From an uncultured Actinomycetes bacterium (GTDB taxonomy: Bacteria > Actinomycetota > UBA4738 > HRBIN12), in NCBI GenBank assembly GCA_963704725.1, contig OY969934.1:672001-736000 (forward strand): a stretch of 64,000 bases of DNA, read 5' to 3'. The position numbers and the translations under genes are program-made. The notes beneath the pieces were generated by a model. It ran no database searches and was not told where the DNA came from. It worked only from the letters and a program-made list of their open reading frames with translations. The first letter of the stretch is position 1. Every line of letters starts with the position of its first letter. Shown here piece by piece: positions 29,338-39,613 of the stretch.

Positions 29338-30117
29338 CTACGGGCGCCCGATGCGGTTGCCCAGGACCCCGATCCCCTCGGCCTCGACCTCGACCTCGGC
29401 GCCGGGCCAGATCCGCTGCTCGAACCCGGGGATCTCGAACGGGCCCGACGCGAACGCCTCGCCCGGGCCGAGCGCCTCGGTCCGCGAGGCCCGCTCCACG
29501 TCGTGCAGGAGCCCTCGGGCGGTGCCGTTCAGGTTGCCCTTGATCCACTCCTCGCCGTCGACGCGGACGGTGACGAACGCGGTCTGGGGGTCGAGCTCGT
29601 CGGCCGTCACGATGCAGGGACCGATCGAGATGGGCACGCCGTCGGGGCTCGCCATCGGGTCCCCGGTGGTGCTGCGCGCCAGCCAGTCGCCGACGAGCGT
29701 GTAGCCGAACACCACCGAGGACGTCTCCTCGGTGGTGAGCGGATCCTCGACCCGCCGGCGCAGGACGGCCGCGATCTTGGGGTGGAACTCCAGCCAGCCG
29801 GCCCCCGCCGGCCAGGGGATCTCGTCGCCCGGGCCGAAGATGCGGCGCGAGCCGTCGAGCGCGTCGGCCGAACGAAGGGCCGCGGGAAGGATGGGCGCGA
29901 GCAGGTGCGCGTGATCGACGACGCAGGCCTTCGCCTCGTCGCGCTCGAGGGCGGCACGGGCGGCATCGAGAACGGTGCCCCCGTTGCCCTTGACCAAGCG
30001 CTCCATCGTCGCGGGGAAGGCGGGGTGACCGACCGCGTCGGCCAGGTCCACGATCTTCCCCTCGAGCAACGCTCCCAGCCGCCGGTGCCCCCGCCGGTCG
30101 AAGGTCACGAGCCTCAA
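29338..30117 (-). CDS. Fumarylacetoacetate hydrolase-fold protein, degenerate active site
   Basis: MRLVTF, GPGDEI, FGYTL..DW.AR, IGPCIVT.DE, GIGVLGN; canonical ExE replaced (EFHPKI). Confidence 0.7.
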   Translation of the reverse strand: MRLVTFDRRGHRRLGALLEGKIVDLADAVGHPAFPATMERLVKGNGGTVLDAARAALERDEAKACVVDHAHLLAPILPAALRSADALDGSRRIFGPGDEIPWPAGAGWLEFHPKIAAVLRRRVEDPLTTEETSSVVFGYTLVGDWLARSTTGDPMASPDGVPISIGPCIVTADELDPQTAFVTVRVDGEEWIKGNLNGTARGLLHDVERASRTEALGPGEAFASGPFEIPGFEQRIWPGAEVEVEAEGIGVLGNRIGRP

Positions 30118-30272
30118 GGGAGGCCGATGGTACGCCCGGGCCGGGGCCGATTCCAGGCTATCCCGAGGTCAGTTGGGCCGGTGCGCGCGACTTGGGGGCC
30201 CTCGGTCCCGGCGGCTACGATGTGGCTGGTCAGCGCGCACGTTCCGCCGCGTTCCGCAAGGAGGGACACCCC

Positions 30273-31838
30273 ATGGCTGAGCAGGGCTTCCGCATCACCT
30301 ACGCCACGATGTCGGCCGACAACGAGGAGCTGCACCGCCAGTACGAGCGGGGCATCGAGGTGGCGCGCTCCTGGCTCGGCCAGAAGCACTCCCTGTACGT
30401 GAACGGCGAGGCCCGCGACGGGTCCGGGCACAAGGAGGCCCGCTCGCCCATCGACGGGACGGTGATCGGGGAGTTCGCGCTCGGCACGCGCGAGGACGTC
30501 CGCGACGCCGTGGCGGCGGCCAGGGCCGCGTTCCCCGAGTGGGCCAACCGCCCGTGGCAGGAGCGGGTAGCGATCATGCGCAAGGCTGCGGACATCATGA
30601 GCGAGCAGCGCAACGAGCTGTCGGCGCTCATGGCGATCGAGGTCGGCAAGAACCGGCTCGAGGCGCTCGGGGACGTCGAGGAGTCGGCGGATCTGATCCG
30701 GTGGAACGCCAACGAGATCGAGCGCAACGACGGGTTCCGCAAGCCGATGCAGTCGCTCGGCTCGTCCGGCGAGTACTACGACGTCCTGCGGCCGTACGGG
30801 GTGTGGGCCGTGATCAGCCCCTTCAACTTCCCGATGGCGCTGGCGGCCGGCCCCTCGTCCGGCGCCCTGGTCGCCGGCAACTGCGTCGTCTTCAAGCCCG
30901 CCCACATGGGCGTGTTCACCGGGCTCAAGCTGTACGAGATCTACATCGCGGCCGGCGTCCCCAAGGGCGTCGTCCACTACCTCAGCGGGCCGGGCAGCGT
31001 GATCGGGGACGAGATCGTCAACCACCCCGACGTGGCCGGGATCACCTTCACCGGCTCGTACGAGGTGGGGATGGGCATCTACAAGAACTTCGCCAAGGAC
31101 TACCCCAAGCCGGCCATCTGCGAGATGGGGGGCAAGAACCCCACGATCGTCTCCGACAAGGCGGACCTCGACAAGGCGACCGACGGCGTGATGCGCTCGG
31201 CGTTCGGGTACGGCGGGCAGAAGTGCTCGGCCAACTCGCGGGTGTACGTCCACCGGAGCGTGCACGACGAGTTCGTCAGCCTCCTCAAGGACAAGACAGA
31301 GAAGATCGCGATCGGCGACCCGTTGAAGAAGGAGAACTGGCTCGGGCCGGTGATCGACGAGAGCGCCGTCGCGACGTTCGAGCGGGCGGCCGAGGAGGCC
31401 AAGAAGAACGGCACCGTGGTCACCGGCGGCGAGCGACTGACCGAGGGCGAGTTCGCCAAGGGCACGTTCGTCCAGCCCACGGTGGCCGAGCTCCCACTCG
31501 ACTCCTGGGTGTGGAAGGAGGAGCTGTTCGTCCCGTTCGTGGCGGTCGCGCCGTACGACGACCTGGACGAGGCGATCCGGCTCGCCAACGACACCGAGTA
31601 CGGGCTGACGGCGGGCTTCTACAGCGAGGACCGTGCCGAGATCGACCGATGGCTGAGCTCGATCGAGGCCGGCGTCGTCTACGTGAACCGGCGAGCGGGC
31701 GCCACCACGGGCGCGTGGCCGGGCGTGCAGCCGTTCGGGGGCTGGAAGGGGTCGGGCACCAGCGGCAAGGCGGGCGGCGGCCCGTACTACGTCCAGCAGT
31801 ACCTGCGCGAGCAGTCCCGGACGGTGATCGAGGAATGA
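30273..31838 (+). CDS. Aldehyde dehydrogenase, P5C dehydrogenase-like
   Basis: SPFNFP, FTGS, EMGGKN, GQKCSANSR, EELF, QPFGGWKGSG. Confidence 0.88.
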   Translation: MAEQGFRITYATMSADNEELHRQYERGIEVARSWLGQKHSLYVNGEARDGSGHKEARSPIDGTVIGEFALGTREDVRDAVAAARAAFPEWANRPWQERVAIMRKAADIMSEQRNELSALMAIEVGKNRLEALGDVEESADLIRWNANEIERNDGFRKPMQSLGSSGEYYDVLRPYGVWAVISPFNFPMALAAGPSSGALVAGNCVVFKPAHMGVFTGLKLYEIYIAAGVPKGVVHYLSGPGSVIGDEIVNHPDVAGITFTGSYEVGMGIYKNFAKDYPKPAICEMGGKNPTIVSDKADLDKATDGVMRSAFGYGGQKCSANSRVYVHRSVHDEFVSLLKDKTEKIAIGDPLKKENWLGPVIDESAVATFERAAEEAKKNGTVVTGGERLTEGEFAKGTFVQPTVAELPLDSWVWKEELFVPFVAVAPYDDLDEAIRLANDTEYGLTAGFYSEDRAEIDRWLSSIEAGVVYVNRRAGATTGAWPGVQPFGGWKGSGTSGKAGGGPYYVQQYLREQSRTVIEE

Positions 31839-33142
31839 GCGTCGAGGAGCTGACCGATCTCGCGAACGCCCAGGCCCCCCGGCTCCTGACCGAGGTCCCG
31901 GGGCCGGAGGCCCTGGCGAGGATCGATCGAGACGGCAAGGTCACCAGCCCGTCGCTTCCCCGCGCCTATCCGCTGGTCCCCAGGCGGGGCGGCGGCTCGG
32001 TGATCGAGGACGTGGACGGCAACCTGTTCCTCGACCTCAACGCGGGGATCGCGGTCACGTCGACGGGGCACGCCCATCCCAAGGTGGTCGAGGCGATCCG
32101 CCGGCAGGCCGGCGAGCTCCTGCACTACTCGGGAAGCGACTTCTTCCTCCCGATCTACTCGGACGTCTGCGAGGAGCTCGACCGCATCGCGCCGTTCAAG
32201 GAGGACGCCCGGACCTTCCTCACGAACTCGGGGACGGAGGCCGTCGAGGGCGCCATCAAGCTGGCGCGGTACGCGACGGGACGGCAGTACGTGATCGCGA
32301 TGCTGAACGCCTTCCACGGGCGCTCGTACGGGAGCGTCTCGCTCACAGCCAGCAAGGCCAAGTACCGGACGGGGTTCGGCCCGCTCCTTCCCGGCGTGTT
32401 CCACACCCCGTTCGGCGACTTCGAGCACATCGAGGAGGTCCTGTTCAAGCGGCTGGTCTCGCCCTCCGAGGTCGCGGCGATCGTCGTCGAGCCGATCCTC
32501 GGCGAGGGCGGTTACGTCCTGCCGCCGGACGGGTGGTTCGGGTACCTCCGGGACCTCTGCGACCGCCACGGGATCCTGCTCGTCGCCGACGAGGTGCAGT
32601 GCGGGATGGGACGGACCGGCAAGATGTGGGCGATCCAGCACTTCGGCGTCGAGCCCGACATCGTGCTGGCCGGCAAGGGCATCGCGAGCGGCATGCCCCT
32701 CGGCGCGATGATCGCGCGGGAGAGCCTGATGACCTGGGAGGTCGGCGCCCACGGGTCCACGTACGGCGGCAACCCGGTCTCGTGCGCGGCCGCGCTGGCC
32801 ACGATCGAGCTGATCGAGGGCGGCCTGATGGACAACGCGCGGGAGGTCGGCGGCGTGCTGGTCGACGGCCTCCGCGGCATCCAGCAGCGCCATCCGCAGA
32901 TCCGCGACGTCCGCGGGCTCGGGCTGATGATCGGTGTGGAGCTGTCCGACCACGACACGATGGTCGCCGTCGAGCACGCGGCGTTCCGCCGGGGACTCCT
33001 GGTGCTCGGGTGCGGGGACTCGGTGATCCGGATGGCGCCGCCGCTCGTGTTCCGCATGGATCAGACCGACACCGCGCTCCGGATCTTCGAGGAGGCGGTG
33101 TCCGAGGTCGAGACGGCGGCGGGCGGGGACACGCTGGCGTGA
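31835..33142 (+). CDS. Class III PLP aminotransferase (GABA/ornithine-like)
   Basis: NSGTEA, FHGR, EPILGEGG, DEVQCGMGRTG, GKG. Confidence 0.9.
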   Translation: MSVEELTDLANAQAPRLLTEVPGPEALARIDRDGKVTSPSLPRAYPLVPRRGGGSVIEDVDGNLFLDLNAGIAVTSTGHAHPKVVEAIRRQAGELLHYSGSDFFLPIYSDVCEELDRIAPFKEDARTFLTNSGTEAVEGAIKLARYATGRQYVIAMLNAFHGRSYGSVSLTASKAKYRTGFGPLLPGVFHTPFGDFEHIEEVLFKRLVSPSEVAAIVVEPILGEGGYVLPPDGWFGYLRDLCDRHGILLVADEVQCGMGRTGKMWAIQHFGVEPDIVLAGKGIASGMPLGAMIARESLMTWEVGAHGSTYGGNPVSCAAALATIELIEGGLMDNAREVGGVLVDGLRGIQQRHPQIRDVRGLGLMIGVELSDHDTMVAVEHAAFRRGLLVLGCGDSVIRMAPPLVFRMDQTDTALRIFEEAVSEVETAAGGDTLA

Positions 33143-33519
33143 CCCTCGAGCTCGATTCGCTGAGCTTCGACTGCGCGCAGCCGGTGCGGGTGGCGAGGTT
33201 CTGGGCCGCGGCCCTCGGCTTCGAGCTCGATCCCGAGTCGAACGACGAGCTGGCGTGGATCGCCGACCCGTCTTGCCGAACCCGCGGCATCTTCTTCCAG
33301 GCCGTTCCGGAGTCGAAGATCGCCAAGAACCGGCTCCACATGGATCTCCGTCCGGCCGGCTCGATGGCCGCGGAGGTCGAGCGCCTCGCCGGGCTCGGGG
33401 CGGTGACCGTGGGGCGGGTGGACGAGGGCGGGAGCTTCTGGACGGTCATGCGGGACGTCGAGGGCAACGAGTTGTGCGTCCTGCGTGGCCCCGAGGACGG
33501 CTGGACCCCCGAGCCATGA
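33139..33519 (+). CDS. VOC/glyoxalase family protein
   Basis: FDC, FWAAALG, KNRLHMDL, DVEGNELC. Confidence 0.88.
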   Translation: MTLELDSLSFDCAQPVRVARFWAAALGFELDPESNDELAWIADPSCRTRGIFFQAVPESKIAKNRLHMDLRPAGSMAAEVERLAGLGAVTVGRVDEGGSFWTVMRDVEGNELCVLRGPEDGWTPEP

Positions 33520-33529
33520 GCCCAAGGAC

Positions 33530-34444
33530 ATGAGCAAGGTCGCCACGATGCACGACGCGGTCGCGGAGCTCGTTCGCGACGGCGACACCGTGGCGATCGA
33601 GGGTTTCACTCACCTGATCTGCTTCGCCGCCGGCCACGAGATCATCCGCCAGGGCCGGCGAGACCTCACGCTGGCCCGGATGACGCCGGACGTGGTGTAC
33701 GACCAGATGATCGGCGCGGGGGTGGCGAGGAAGCTCGTCTTCAGCTGGCTGGGCAACCCCGGGGTGGGGTCGCTGCATGCGGTGCGGCGCCGGATCGAGC
33801 ACGCCGACCCCGAGCCCCTGGAGATCGAGGAGTACTCGCACTTCGGGATGGTCTGCCGCTACGTCGCGGGGGCCTCGAACCTCCCGTTCTTCCCGATCCG
33901 CTCGTACTACGAGAGCGACATCCCGAGCGTGAACCCGAACATCCTCCCCATGCGCTCGCCGTACGAGGACGGCACCGAGGTGTACGTCGTGCCGCCGCTG
34001 AAGCCCGACGTGACGATCGTCCATGCCCAGCGCGCCACGACCACCGGCGACACGCAGATCTGGGGGCTGCTGGGGTGCCAGAAGGAGGCGGCGTTCGCGG
34101 CCGAGCGTGTGATCGTCGTCTGCGAGGAGATCGTCGACGAGTCCGTCGTCCGCCGCGATCCGAACCGGACGGTGATCCCGGGGGTGGTGGTCGACGCCGT
34201 CGTCGAGCAGCCGTTCGCGTGCCATCCGAGCTACACGCAGGGGTACTACGACCGAGACAACGCCTTCTACCGGGAGTGGGAGGGCATCTCCAAGGACCCG
34301 GAGGCGCTGGACGCCTGGCTCAAGGAGTGGGTCTTCGACCTGCAGAGCCACGCCGAGTACGTGGAGAAGATGGGCGACCGGTGGGAGGGGCTCCGGCCCG
34401 GCGACCGCCCCTCGGGCGAGGTCAACTACGGGGAGTACGCGTGA
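33530..34444 (+). CDS. CoA-transferase subunit A (glutaconate CoA-transferase-like)
   Basis: VRDGDTVAIEGF, FSWLGNPG, LPFFP, PDVTIVHAQ. Confidence 0.88.
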   Translation: MSKVATMHDAVAELVRDGDTVAIEGFTHLICFAAGHEIIRQGRRDLTLARMTPDVVYDQMIGAGVARKLVFSWLGNPGVGSLHAVRRRIEHADPEPLEIEEYSHFGMVCRYVAGASNLPFFPIRSYYESDIPSVNPNILPMRSPYEDGTEVYVVPPLKPDVTIVHAQRATTTGDTQIWGLLGCQKEAAFAAERVIVVCEEIVDESVVRRDPNRTVIPGVVVDAVVEQPFACHPSYTQGYYDRDNAFYREWEGISKDPEALDAWLKEWVFDLQSHAEYVEKMGDRWEGLRPGDRPSGEVNYGEYA

Positions 34445-35211
34445 GCGAGCCCGTCTACTCGAAGAACGAGATGATGATCTCGGCCAGCGCGCGGACGCTC
34501 GCCGGCGAGCGGATCTGCTTCGTCGGCGTGGGCCTGCCGAACATCGTGTGCAACCTCGCGCAGCGAACGGTCGCCCCCGAGCTCCAGCTCGTGTACGAGG
34601 CGGGGGTGTTCGGGGCCCGTCCGGCCCGCCTGCCGCTCTCGATCGGCGATCCGACGCTGGTGTCCGGATCGACCGCCGTCACGTCGATGTTCGAGCTGTT
34701 CGCGTTCTACCTCCAGGCCGGCCTGATCGACGCCGCGTTCCTCGGCGGGGCGCAGATCGACCGGTTCGGGAACCTGAACACAACCGTGATCGGCGACTAC
34801 GCCACGCCGAAGGTGCGGCTGCCGGGCTCGGGCGGCGCGTGCGAGATCGCGATCCACGCGCGACGGATCCTGGTGATCATGCGGCAGGCCCAGCGCTCGT
34901 TCGTCGACCGCCTGCACTTTCGTACGTCGCCCGGCCACTCGGGCGATCCCGCGCACGATCAGGCGCGCGGGTGGTTCGGCAGCGGGCCGACGAGCGTCGT
35001 CACCGACCTCGGCGCGTACGGGTTCGACGAGGCGACCGGGGAGATGACGCTCCTGACGCTGCACCCGGGCGTCACGCTCGAGCAGGTGCGCGAGAACATG
35101 GGATGGGACCCCAAGCTCGCGGCCAACCTCGGCGAGACGCCGCCGCCCACGGACGAGGAGCTCCGGATCATACGGACCGAGCTCGATCCCGAGGGCGTCC
35201 ACACGTCCTGA
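34441..35211 (+). CDS. CoA-transferase subunit B
   Basis: FVGVGLP, YEAG, AQIDRFGNLN, RLPGSGG. Confidence 0.88.
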   Translation: MSEPVYSKNEMMISASARTLAGERICFVGVGLPNIVCNLAQRTVAPELQLVYEAGVFGARPARLPLSIGDPTLVSGSTAVTSMFELFAFYLQAGLIDAAFLGGAQIDRFGNLNTTVIGDYATPKVRLPGSGGACEIAIHARRILVIMRQAQRSFVDRLHFRTSPGHSGDPAHDQARGWFGSGPTSVVTDLGAYGFDEATGEMTLLTLHPGVTLEQVRENMGWDPKLAANLGETPPPTDEELRIIRTELDPEGVHTS

Positions 35212-35232
35212 GAGGGCTGAGAGACTGACGCC

Positions 35233-35433
35233 GTGAGCGATCGCGACCGTGACCCCGAGCCCGACGGCGAGCGCCCGCCCGACCCCGACGCGGAGCCGCC
35301 CGCGCTCGACACGTCCGACGAGCCCGAGCCGGACTGGGCCGAAGGGATCCGTCGCGGTCGGCGCGAGCGAGCCGAGCGGCTCCGGTCGCTCCTCGGTCCG
35401 ACCGACGACGAGGAGGAGGGGCCGCCGGCATGA
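35233..35433 (+). CDS. Small acidic hypothetical protein
   Basis: 66-aa ORF whose stop overlaps the next ATG (ATGA). Confidence 0.5.
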   Translation: MSDRDRDPEPDGERPPDPDAEPPALDTSDEPEPDWAEGIRRGRRERAERLRSLLGPTDDEEEGPPA

Positions 35434-36749
35434 GCCACGTGTTCCACCGGGTCCTGGGGCGCGAGCTCCCGCGGGCGGTGCGGGCCGAGGGCGTGTGGAT
35501 CGAGGACGCGGAGGGGACCCGGTACCTCGACGGCGCCGGCGGCGCGATCGTCGTCGGCGTGGGCCATGGCGACGCCTCCCTCGTCGCCGCCATGACCGAG
35601 CAGGCCTCGCGGACCCCGTACGTCCACGGCACGGTGTTCACGACGGACGCGCTCGAGGCCTACGCGGACGACGTGGCGACCGTGCTCCCGCTCGACGACC
35701 CGCGCGTCTACCCGGTGTCGGGCGGCAGCGAGGCCGTCGAGACCGCGATCAAGCTCGCACGGGCCTACCATCTCGCGCGCGGCGAGGCGTCGCGGACGAT
35801 CGTGATCGGGCGACGCGCGTCGTACCACGGCAACACCCTTGGGGCGCTCGACGCCGGCGGCAAGGAGGCGCTGAAGCGTCCTTACTCCCCGTGGCTGGGG
35901 CGCTTCCGGCAGGTCGAGGCGGCGTACGAGTACCGGTGCCCCAACCCCGCCCACCCCGCCGGCTGCGGCGCGTGGCACGCGGCCGAGCTGGAGCGCGCCA
36001 TCGAAGCCGCCGGTCCGGACGCCGTCGCGGCGTTCATCGCCGAGCCGGTCGGCGGTGCGACGCTCGCCGCGGCCGTGCCCTCCGAGGACTACTGGCCGGC
36101 CGTCGCCGACGTGTGCCGGCGCCGCGGCGTGCTCCTGATCGCCGACGAGGTCATGACCGGCTTCGGCAGGACGGGGCGGTGGTTCGGACTCGACCACTGG
36201 GGGGTACGCCCCGACATCCTCACCGCCGGGAAGGGCTCGACGAGCGGGTACTGGCCGTTCGGGTTCGCGGCCTGCAGCCGCGACGTGTTCGAGACCGTCC
36301 GTCCGAAGGGGTTCGTCCACGGGTTCACGTGGTCGCACAACGGCGTCGGCGCCGCCGTGGCCCACGCCACGCTGCGCCGGCTCCGAGAGGGAGACCTCGT
36401 CGAGGCCAGCGCCCGGACCGGCGAGCGCCTCCTCAAGGAGCTGTCCTCGGCGCTCGGCGAGGATCCGATCGTCGGCGACGTCCGCGGCATCGGGTTGATG
36501 ATCGGCGTCGAGCTGGTCGCCGACCGGTCGACGAAGGCTCCGTTCCCGCGCGCCGACCAGGTCACCGAGCGCGTCGTCGCCGCCGCGCGCGAGCTCGGCC
36601 TCCTCCTGTACTCGAGCACCGGCCACGTCGACGGCGCCGACGGGGACCTCGTGATGCTCGGCCCGCCGTTCGTGATCTCGGACGCCGAGTGCGACCTGGT
36701 GGTCGAGCGGACCGCGGCCGCGATCGCCCGGGTCTCGAGCCCGAGGTAG
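35430..36749 (+). CDS. Class III PLP aminotransferase (omega-amine type)
   Basis: GGSEAVE, SYHGNT, EPVGG, DEVMTGFGRTG, GKG, HGFT. Confidence 0.9.
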   Translation: MSHVFHRVLGRELPRAVRAEGVWIEDAEGTRYLDGAGGAIVVGVGHGDASLVAAMTEQASRTPYVHGTVFTTDALEAYADDVATVLPLDDPRVYPVSGGSEAVETAIKLARAYHLARGEASRTIVIGRRASYHGNTLGALDAGGKEALKRPYSPWLGRFRQVEAAYEYRCPNPAHPAGCGAWHAAELERAIEAAGPDAVAAFIAEPVGGATLAAAVPSEDYWPAVADVCRRRGVLLIADEVMTGFGRTGRWFGLDHWGVRPDILTAGKGSTSGYWPFGFAACSRDVFETVRPKGFVHGFTWSHNGVGAAVAHATLRRLREGDLVEASARTGERLLKELSSALGEDPIVGDVRGIGLMIGVELVADRSTKAPFPRADQVTERVVAAARELGLLLYSSTGHVDGADGDLVMLGPPFVISDAECDLVVERTAAAIARVSSPR

Positions 36750-36751
36750 CC

Positions 36752-37900
36752 GTGGGCGGAACCGCCGGCCTCGTGCTGTGCCCGGACGCCCGCCTGTACG
36801 ACCACGGCGCCGAGCATCCTCTCCGCCCCCAGCGCGTGCTCTTCACGTGGGACCTCATCACGGCGTGCGGTCTGCTCGACGCTCCCGGCGTCTCCACGAT
36901 CGACTCCCGTCCGGCCGACGACGACGAGCTCCGGCTCGTCCACGCGGACGACTTCATCGACGCCACCCGGCGGGCCGGTCACGGCGAGGCGGGGGAGTGG
37001 TGGCGGTACGGCTACGGCCCCGGCGATAACCCGATCTTCCCGCAGATGCACGAGGCCGCGGCCGCGGTGGCCGGTTCGTCGATCTCGGCGGCCGAGGCCG
37101 TGCACACCGGCCGCGTCGCCCATGCGTTCAACGCGGCCGGGGGCCTGCACCACGCGATGCCGGCGCGCGCCTCCGGGTTCTGCGTGTACGACGACCCGGC
37201 GATCGCGATCGCGTGGCTCCTGCAGCAGGGTGTGCATCCGATCGCGTACGTCGACGTCGACGTGCACCACGGCGACGGCGTGCAGGCCGTCTTCTACGAA
37301 GACCCGCGGGTCCTCACGATCTCGCTGCACGAGTCCGGCGAGTTTCTGTTCCCGGGCAGCGGGTTCGTCACCGAGCGCGGGGCGGCCGGCGGCGAGGGCA
37401 CGAAGGTGAACGTCCCCTTCCACCCCGGCACCACGGACGAGGCGTGGCTCGCCGCGTTCGACGCGGTCGTGCCGCCGGTCCTTCGCGCGTTCGGCCCCAA
37501 GGTCCTCGTCACGCAGCTGGGCTGCGACACGCACGTCTCGGACCCGCTCGCCCACCTCCGGCTCACCACGCGCGCCTACCGCGAGACCGCCTCCCGGCTG
37601 CACGCGCTGGCGCACGAGCTCACCGGCGGACGGTGGATCGCCACCGGAGGGGGCGGCTACCAGTGGGCGTCCGTCGTTCCCCGGGCCTGGACCCTCTACT
37701 TCGCGGAGATGGGCGGCGTCGAGCTCGCCGACGACCTCCCCGAGGGATGGATCGAGACGATCGAGTTCGAGGTGCGCCGCGAGGTCCCCACGACGTTCTC
37801 GGATCCGCCCGTCGACGGCGACCGCCTCGATCCCGAGACGGAGCACGTGATCGCGTCCGTGCGCGAGACGTGCTTCCCCTTCTTCGGCCTGCAGCCATGA
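36752..37900 (+). CDS. Zn-dependent deacetylase (AcuC/HDAC family)
   Basis: HPL.P.R, GGLHHA, SGFC, DVHHGDG, SLHE, GCD.H..DPL, GGGGY. Confidence 0.9.
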   Translation: MGGTAGLVLCPDARLYDHGAEHPLRPQRVLFTWDLITACGLLDAPGVSTIDSRPADDDELRLVHADDFIDATRRAGHGEAGEWWRYGYGPGDNPIFPQMHEAAAAVAGSSISAAEAVHTGRVAHAFNAAGGLHHAMPARASGFCVYDDPAIAIAWLLQQGVHPIAYVDVDVHHGDGVQAVFYEDPRVLTISLHESGEFLFPGSGFVTERGAAGGEGTKVNVPFHPGTTDEAWLAAFDAVVPPVLRAFGPKVLVTQLGCDTHVSDPLAHLRLTTRAYRETASRLHALAHELTGGRWIATGGGGYQWASVVPRAWTLYFAEMGGVELADDLPEGWIETIEFEVRREVPTTFSDPPVDGDRLDPETEHVIASVRETCFPFFGLQP

Positions 37901-39318
37901 GCCCCCGGCAGGCGAAGCTCGTCTGCACGCTCGGTCCCGCCACGGCCAGCCTCGACGGGGTCCGGGCGCTGGCCGAGGCCGGCACCGACGTGTTCCGGGT
38001 CAACCTCTCACACGGCGACGAGGGCTCCCACGCCGAGCTGATCCGCCTCGTGCGAGCCGTGTCCGAGGAGCGCGGGATCGACCTGGCGGTGATGGCCGAT
38101 CTCCCCGGCCCGAAGATCCGACTCGGCGAGCTCGAGGGGGGCGCCGTGCGTCTCGAGCAGGGCTCCCGGTTCGTGCTCGGCGCGGCGGACGATCCCGGCA
38201 CGGCGGCCGGAGCGAGCACCACGTATGCGGGGATGGCCGGAGATGTCCGGCCGGGCGACCGCGTGCTGCTCGCCGACGGCGCGGTCGAGCTCGTCGTCGC
38301 GTCGATCGACGGCGCCACGGTCGTGTGCGAGGTGGCGCGGGGAGGGCGGATCCGATCGGGTGCGGGCGTGAACGTCCCAGCCGAGCGCCTCAGCCTCCCC
38401 GGCATCACCGAGCGCGACCGGACCGAGCTGGCCGAGGCCCTTGCCCTCGGCGTGGACCTGGTGGCGCAGTCGTTCGTGCGCGGCCCCGCCGATCTGATCG
38501 GCGTGCGGGCCCTGATGGGCGAGCGGTCGGCACCCATCGTGGCGAAGATCGAGACCCGGCCCGCCGTCGAGGCGATCGACGGGATCCTCGAGCAGGCCGA
38601 CGCGATCATGGTCGCGCGGGGCGACCTCGGCGTCGAGCTGCCGATGGAGGACATCCCGATCCTGCAGAAGGAGCTGCTCCGCTCGGCGAGGCGGGCCGGC
38701 CGTCCGGTGATCGTCGCCACGCAGATGCTGGAGTCGATGACGGCGTCGCCCCGGCCGACGCGCGCCGAGGCCACCGACGTCGCGAACGCGGTGCTCGACG
38801 GCGCGGACGCCATCATGCTCTCGGCCGAGACCGCGATCGGCGAGTACCCCGTCGAGGCCGCCCGGGCCGCCGTCCGCATCGCCGAGGTGGCCGAGGATCG
38901 AGGCGCTGAGTTCCGGGCCGAGCCCGAGCCCTGCCGCCATCGCGACGAGGCCGCCGCGGTGGCCCACGCCGCGGCGCGGATCGCGGCCGACGATCCCGAC
39001 GTCGTGGCGATCGCCTGTTACACGGGATCGGGCCGCACGGCCGCGCTTCTGTCGGCCGAGCGCCCCCGCGTGCCGGTCTACGCGTTCGCGCCCGACGTCG
39101 ACGTCCGGCGTCGCCTCGGCCTCCGATGGGGCGTGCGCGCGCTCCCCGCGGCCGAGCCCACGGACACCGACCAGATGATCGCGTTCATGGACGAGGGCCT
39201 GCGCGCCGGCGGTTTCGCGCGCGAGGGGGACGCGCTCGTCATGACGGCCTCCTCCCCGGCCGGACGAACGCGGACGAACATGCTCAAGGTCCACCACGCC
39301 GGCGCGGCCGTGCGCTGA
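37897..39318 (+). CDS. pyk: Pyruvate kinase
   Basis: KLVCTLGPA, NLSHG, DLPGPKIR, AKIE, ARGDLGVE, ATQMLESM, MLSAET. Confidence 0.95.
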   Translation: MSPRQAKLVCTLGPATASLDGVRALAEAGTDVFRVNLSHGDEGSHAELIRLVRAVSEERGIDLAVMADLPGPKIRLGELEGGAVRLEQGSRFVLGAADDPGTAAGASTTYAGMAGDVRPGDRVLLADGAVELVVASIDGATVVCEVARGGRIRSGAGVNVPAERLSLPGITERDRTELAEALALGVDLVAQSFVRGPADLIGVRALMGERSAPIVAKIETRPAVEAIDGILEQADAIMVARGDLGVELPMEDIPILQKELLRSARRAGRPVIVATQMLESMTASPRPTRAEATDVANAVLDGADAIMLSAETAIGEYPVEAARAAVRIAEVAEDRGAEFRAEPEPCRHRDEAAAVAHAAARIAADDPDVVAIACYTGSGRTAALLSAERPRVPVYAFAPDVDVRRRLGLRWGVRALPAAEPTDTDQMIAFMDEGLRAGGFAREGDALVMTASSPAGRTRTNMLKVHHAGAAVR

Positions 39319-39322
39319 AGGT

Positions 39323-39367
39323 CTGAGTCGTACTCAGAGATGAGTCTGTTACACTCATGAGGTGAGT
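39323..39367 (+). promoter_or_regulatory. Operator repeats and -10 of vapBC
   Basis: Five ACTCA/TGAGT half-sites in inverted pairs overlap TACACT (39350-39355) and the GTG start. Confidence 0.65.
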
Positions 39368-39613
39368 AAGCGACTTCAGGTGCTCCTCGGGGACGACGAG
39401 CTCGCCGAGTTCCGGGAGGCAGCGGCCAGGCAAGGCCTGACGCTCTCGGAGTGGGCTCGCCAAACTCTGCGGCGAGCCCGGGCCGAGCAGCCACGCGGCG
39501 ACCGCGCCGCGAAGCTCGCCGCGGTGCGGGCGGCGTCCCGTCACGCTTTCCCGACGGCGGAGATCGAGACGATGCTTGAGGAGATCGAGCGGGGCTACGG
39601 CGCCGCACGATGA
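39362..39613 (+). CDS. vapB: Ribbon-helix-helix antitoxin (VapB)
   Basis: [13 protein letters not shown] pattern; stop overlaps the PIN toxin start. Confidence 0.85.
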   Translation: MSKRLQVLLGDDELAEFREAAARQGLTLSEWARQTLRRARAEQPRGDRAAKLAAVRAASRHAFPTAEIETMLEEIERGYGAAR

